Source: an uncultured delta proteobacterium (GTDB taxonomy: Bacteria; Myxococcota_A; Polyangia; Fen-1088). Taken from it: a stretch of DNA of 64,000 bases. Position numbers and translations under genes: made by a program. The DNA lies in the NCBI GenBank assembly GCA_963737265.1, contig CAVTRY010000011.1:352001-416000 (forward strand), written 5' to 3'. A model generated the notes under the pieces. That model ran no database searches and was not told the origin of the DNA. It worked only from the letters and a program-made list of their open reading frames with translations. Each line of letters opens with the position of its first letter. Within the stretch, counting starts at the first letter, position 1. Below, one piece after another: positions 61,033 through 64,000 of this stretch.

Positions 61033-62121
61033 TCAGAAAACCATGGTGAGGAAGCTGTCGAGGCCCTGGCGCCAGGTGTCCTTGTAGGCCAGCACCTCGA
61101 CCAGCGAGGGCTCTTTCTTCACCTGCACCGTAACCTCGTCGCCGCCGTCTCGCGTGGGGAGCCGGCCGGCTTCGCCGGCCGCGGACCTTCGCGGGAGGGT
61201 TTGGGAACCCTCCGAGGGTTCCCATGTCAGATCAATATCGACGGTGTTGTCGGCGCGGAAGTCGTTGTTCACCATGAAGGGCGGGTCGATGTAGACGAGG
61301 TCGACCTTGCCCCGGTAGCGCCAGTCGCGCGTGCCAGGATCCTTCTCGTCGAGCAGGGTCTGGAGCGCGACCAAGTTGTCATTGGTCCAGATGAGGCGAT
61401 TCGGCGGCAACGTGGTCACGTCGCGCGCCTCCGCCGTGCGGATCTCCAGCCCCGCCAACTCGCCCCGATCCATGGCCCGCCCCGGCCGCACGATCTCCAC
61501 CACCTGCGTTGGCACCGAGGCCGCCATCTCCTTGCGCCACATGCCCTGCCAAGCCAGCCGCGGCTTTCGCGGAGTAACATCCAACGTGATTTCCAGCCCC
61601 GCGCCCTCGCTCGCCGTCGCGTCCACATCGGTCGTGTTCGGCACCGGCAAGGACGGCGTGCGCACCGAGCGCGTGACCGGCGGTGGCGTCGGCTCCAGCA
61701 GCGGGAACCCCTGCCAAGCAAGCTGCGTCTGGGCCGGCGCGGGCGGCGCGGGCGCCGCAGGTGGCGCGACCTTGGCGGCCTCTTCCTTGCGCACCTTCTT
61801 CACCTTGGGCTCCGGCGTTTCGTTGTCCCCGTCGCCGTCATCGTCGTCTCGCCCGCGCTCCGCCGCCAGAATCCGATCCACCAGCACCTGCTTCTCGCGC
61901 CCCTCGGCCGAGATGCCCACCGCAAAGCAAACCGACTTCAGCGTGTCGCGCGCGAGCAGTTCCAGAATCTTCTCCAGAATCCCCCGCTTCTTGCTGCCCG
62001 CCACCACGTCCATCATCTCGTCGAGCCGCATGCCGCTGGTCACGCCAAGATCGAGCGTCTTGCCGACTTCCAACAACTCCGCCCGCGTGAGCGCCCCGAG
62101 CGCCTTGCGTTTGAAGGCCAT
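61033..62121 (-). pseudogene. Type III-like Mod (beta-class) DNA methyltransferase, 3'-truncated
   Basis: KPRLAWQG, NRLIWTNDNL, GKVDLVYIDPPF, AYKDTW..GLDSFL then stop; no SAM-binding FxGSG motif. Confidence 0.82.
61150..61227. repeat. 78-bp double-hairpin element in frame inside mod
   Basis: tcgcgtgg...tcgcgggagggtttgggaaccct-ccg-agggttcccatg, homologous to unit 42828-42905; encodes TWEPSEGSQTLPRRSAAGEAGRLPTR. Confidence 0.85.
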
Positions 62122-62201
62122 GGCCCGGCATCGTACACGACGCAGGAGCCCCGGAATAGTGCGAGCGCGGCTATGCGGAGGCCCGATCCTTCTGGCGAGG
62201 T

Positions 62202-62729
62202 CTAGCGCGGTTCGCGGGCGAGCCGTCGCTTCTTGAAAGTCTCGTCGAAGGTCGTGTAGTCGTTCGGCCGCCCTTGAACCTGGCGCTTGTCGTCCCAGAT
62301 CGAGGCTTTCTCGCGCGCCTCTTCGAGTGAAACCTCGCCACTCTCCACAGCCTCCACCATCAAATCCATGATGTCACCCGCGGGGACGCCGTTGTCCTTG
62401 GCACAAGCACGAGCGCGCTTGTCGATGGAAACGAATAGAGGGCGTTGCTCTTGTGGCAACTGCATCGCCCATGCAACCGCCTCGGCCTCGCCCTTGTCGT
62501 GGCCCTTCTGTTTGAGGTCGCGAAGATTCGCGTCTCTGGCAGAGAGATCGTGAATGCGCAGACGTTCGGTCTTGCAAAAGGCATCTACGTCCACCGCTAC
62601 CGTCGAAAGTTCGTGCCTGGCGATGTATCCCGTCATCAGCCACGAACCCTTTCCAGAGGCCAATGAGCGCAGGAAGGACAGCTTGCGAATGCAGAGGAAT
62701 GCGTCGGCGTCGAAAAGAACGTCCCTCAC
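62202..62729 (-). CDS. PIN-domain-like protein
   Basis: VLFDADAF, IARHEL, DKGEAEAVA, FVSIDKRAR acidic pattern; GTG overlaps the upstream stop. Confidence 0.72.
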   Translation of the reverse strand: MRDVLFDADAFLCIRKLSFLRSLASGKGSWLMTGYIARHELSTVAVDVDAFCKTERLRIHDLSARDANLRDLKQKGHDKGEAEAVAWAMQLPQEQRPLFVSIDKRARACAKDNGVPAGDIMDLMVEAVESGEVSLEEAREKASIWDDKRQVQGRPNDYTTFDETFKKRRLAREPR

Positions 62730-63928
62730 GCGACCGTCACGGACAGGTCTTCCGATGGAAGGTTCAGGGCGAAGAAGTCGAGAACGCTTTCCAGGTCGGC
62801 GGCGGGGGTAATGCCCAAGGCATCGGCAAACTGGTCGCGCCGAATTCGCCCGGCCGAATAGAGGCGAGCCGCAACGCGCGCGACCTCGGTTCGGCGTTCG
62901 GGTTTCACCTCGTCGAGCGGGAAGCCGTCGATTCCGGTTGGCTCTTCGTGGGTAACCCACCGGGCCTCTGTTCCCAAAACAGTGAAAGCCGGACCTGGAT
63001 TCTCTGGCAGCTCGACCTGGCCTTCATTCCGAAGGTACAAGCGGATCGCGCCGTAGGGCAGTCCGTAGCTCGCCAGGGCTCGGGCGGTTTCGGGGTTGGA
63101 AAGGGTGGCGTCTTTTGCGACCAATCCCTGGATGATCTTCTGCGGGCAGATGAGGCGTACCGCAAACGCATTCGCACGCTGCTCGACTTCGAGTTGCTTG
63201 TCGTTGAGATAGCCGGAGATCGTCGCGACCGGCTCAAGCCGGTTCCAGTCAGGAAGCAGGTGACAGAGTTCGTGCGCAAGGCTGAACCTTCGGACACACG
63301 GGTTCTTGTTCTTTCCTTCGAGGTTCAAGACGATAGTCGGCCCGCGAAGATGATCGAGGAAGGTCAGTCCGGCTGGACCAGCTCCGCCCAACTCGGCATA
63401 GAGCACGGAGATCGAAGGGAATCGCTCGGCAACGAAATCGCGCATGGACAAGATGGGCGCATCGTGGAGCTTGAGCTTGCTTCGGAGATCGGCGGCGCAT
63501 TTCGCTCCCTGTTGGTAAGGCAGCCGTCCCTTGATAGCTTCAAGCCCTGGTGTCTCTTTCCTGAACTTCTCGCGCCCGTCCTCGTTGGTTTCCAGATGGC
63601 GCAGACTGGCGAGGTCGCGCGCGGCATTTGCTGCGGCCACAACGCGTACACGGGTCATGTCGTCAAGAGCATGGAATTCGTCGAGACTCGCCAGCGTGAC
63701 CACACCGTCCCCCTTGGCTAGTTGAATCGGCTCATCGGCAAGCCGGTCAGCGTCGATCCCATAAATGCGCGAAAGCGCGTCGGCCTCGAAGACCGTCGGA
63801 GCGTCGCCATGCTCTTCGATGCGCGCAAGGCGTTCGACCGAAACATGGGACATTCTGGCGGCAGCCTCTCTGGTGTAACCCAGTAGCCTCTCGCGAACGT
63901 CCCTGAGATTCTCGACTTTGGTGGTCAA
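62726..63928 (-). CDS. XRE-HTH fused to ImmA/IrrE-family metallopeptidase
   Basis: N-terminal HTH (LRDVRERLLGYTREAAA..LARIEE), RRFSLAHELCHLL, EQRANAFAVRLICP. Confidence 0.9.
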   Translation of the reverse strand: MTTKVENLRDVRERLLGYTREAAARMSHVSVERLARIEEHGDAPTVFEADALSRIYGIDADRLADEPIQLAKGDGVVTLASLDEFHALDDMTRVRVVAAANAARDLASLRHLETNEDGREKFRKETPGLEAIKGRLPYQQGAKCAADLRSKLKLHDAPILSMRDFVAERFPSISVLYAELGGAGPAGLTFLDHLRGPTIVLNLEGKNKNPCVRRFSLAHELCHLLPDWNRLEPVATISGYLNDKQLEVEQRANAFAVRLICPQKIIQGLVAKDATLSNPETARALASYGLPYGAIRLYLRNEGQVELPENPGPAFTVLGTEARWVTHEEPTGIDGFPLDEVKPERRTEVARVAARLYSAGRIRRDQFADALGITPAADLESVLDFFALNLPSEDLSVTVA

Positions 63929-64000
63929 GGGGAAAGCACCTGCTCCTAGTATCGGATCGGAAGTCCCGTCAAGGCCCTGAAATTTCGGGGTGAAGGCGAG

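Overview
GC-rich window, probably from a Myxococcota genome (MYXO-CTERM-like tail, bactofilin triplet, Cys-rich lipoproteins), with a defence island at each end. Left (1-11.0 kb, minus): a BREX type 2 (Pgl) operon, pglW-pglX-pglY (pglY runs off the window), with extra genes: an unknown leader gene, a YhcG/DUF1016 nuclease, a 60-aa ORF and a degenerate ABC/AAA ATPase. Middle: an ECF41 sigma factor with a matching promoter; a type II fatty-acid/polyketide (aryl-polyene-like) cluster with a B12 radical SAM enzyme; surface Kelch and Cys-rich proteins; a dnaA not linked to dnaN; coaBC, family-4 UDG, three bactofilins, purF and an ABC exporter. Right (53.5-64 kb, minus): a metzincin-like protein plus exported partner, a type III R-M locus whose middle is replaced by a BsuBI/PstI-type type II R-M cassette (endonuclease internally deleted), and an XRE-IrrE/ImmA plus PIN-like pair. 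Two families of palindromic repeats occur. One is a 78-bp double hairpin, tandem in an intergenic region and also sitting in frame inside a methyltransferase gene. The other is a 60-bp element in inverted orientation at 13.4 kb and just after dnaA. Many single-base frameshifts may be sequencing or assembly errors. No CRISPR array, rRNA or tRNA seen. All family assignments come from motif recognition by eye; no searches were run.
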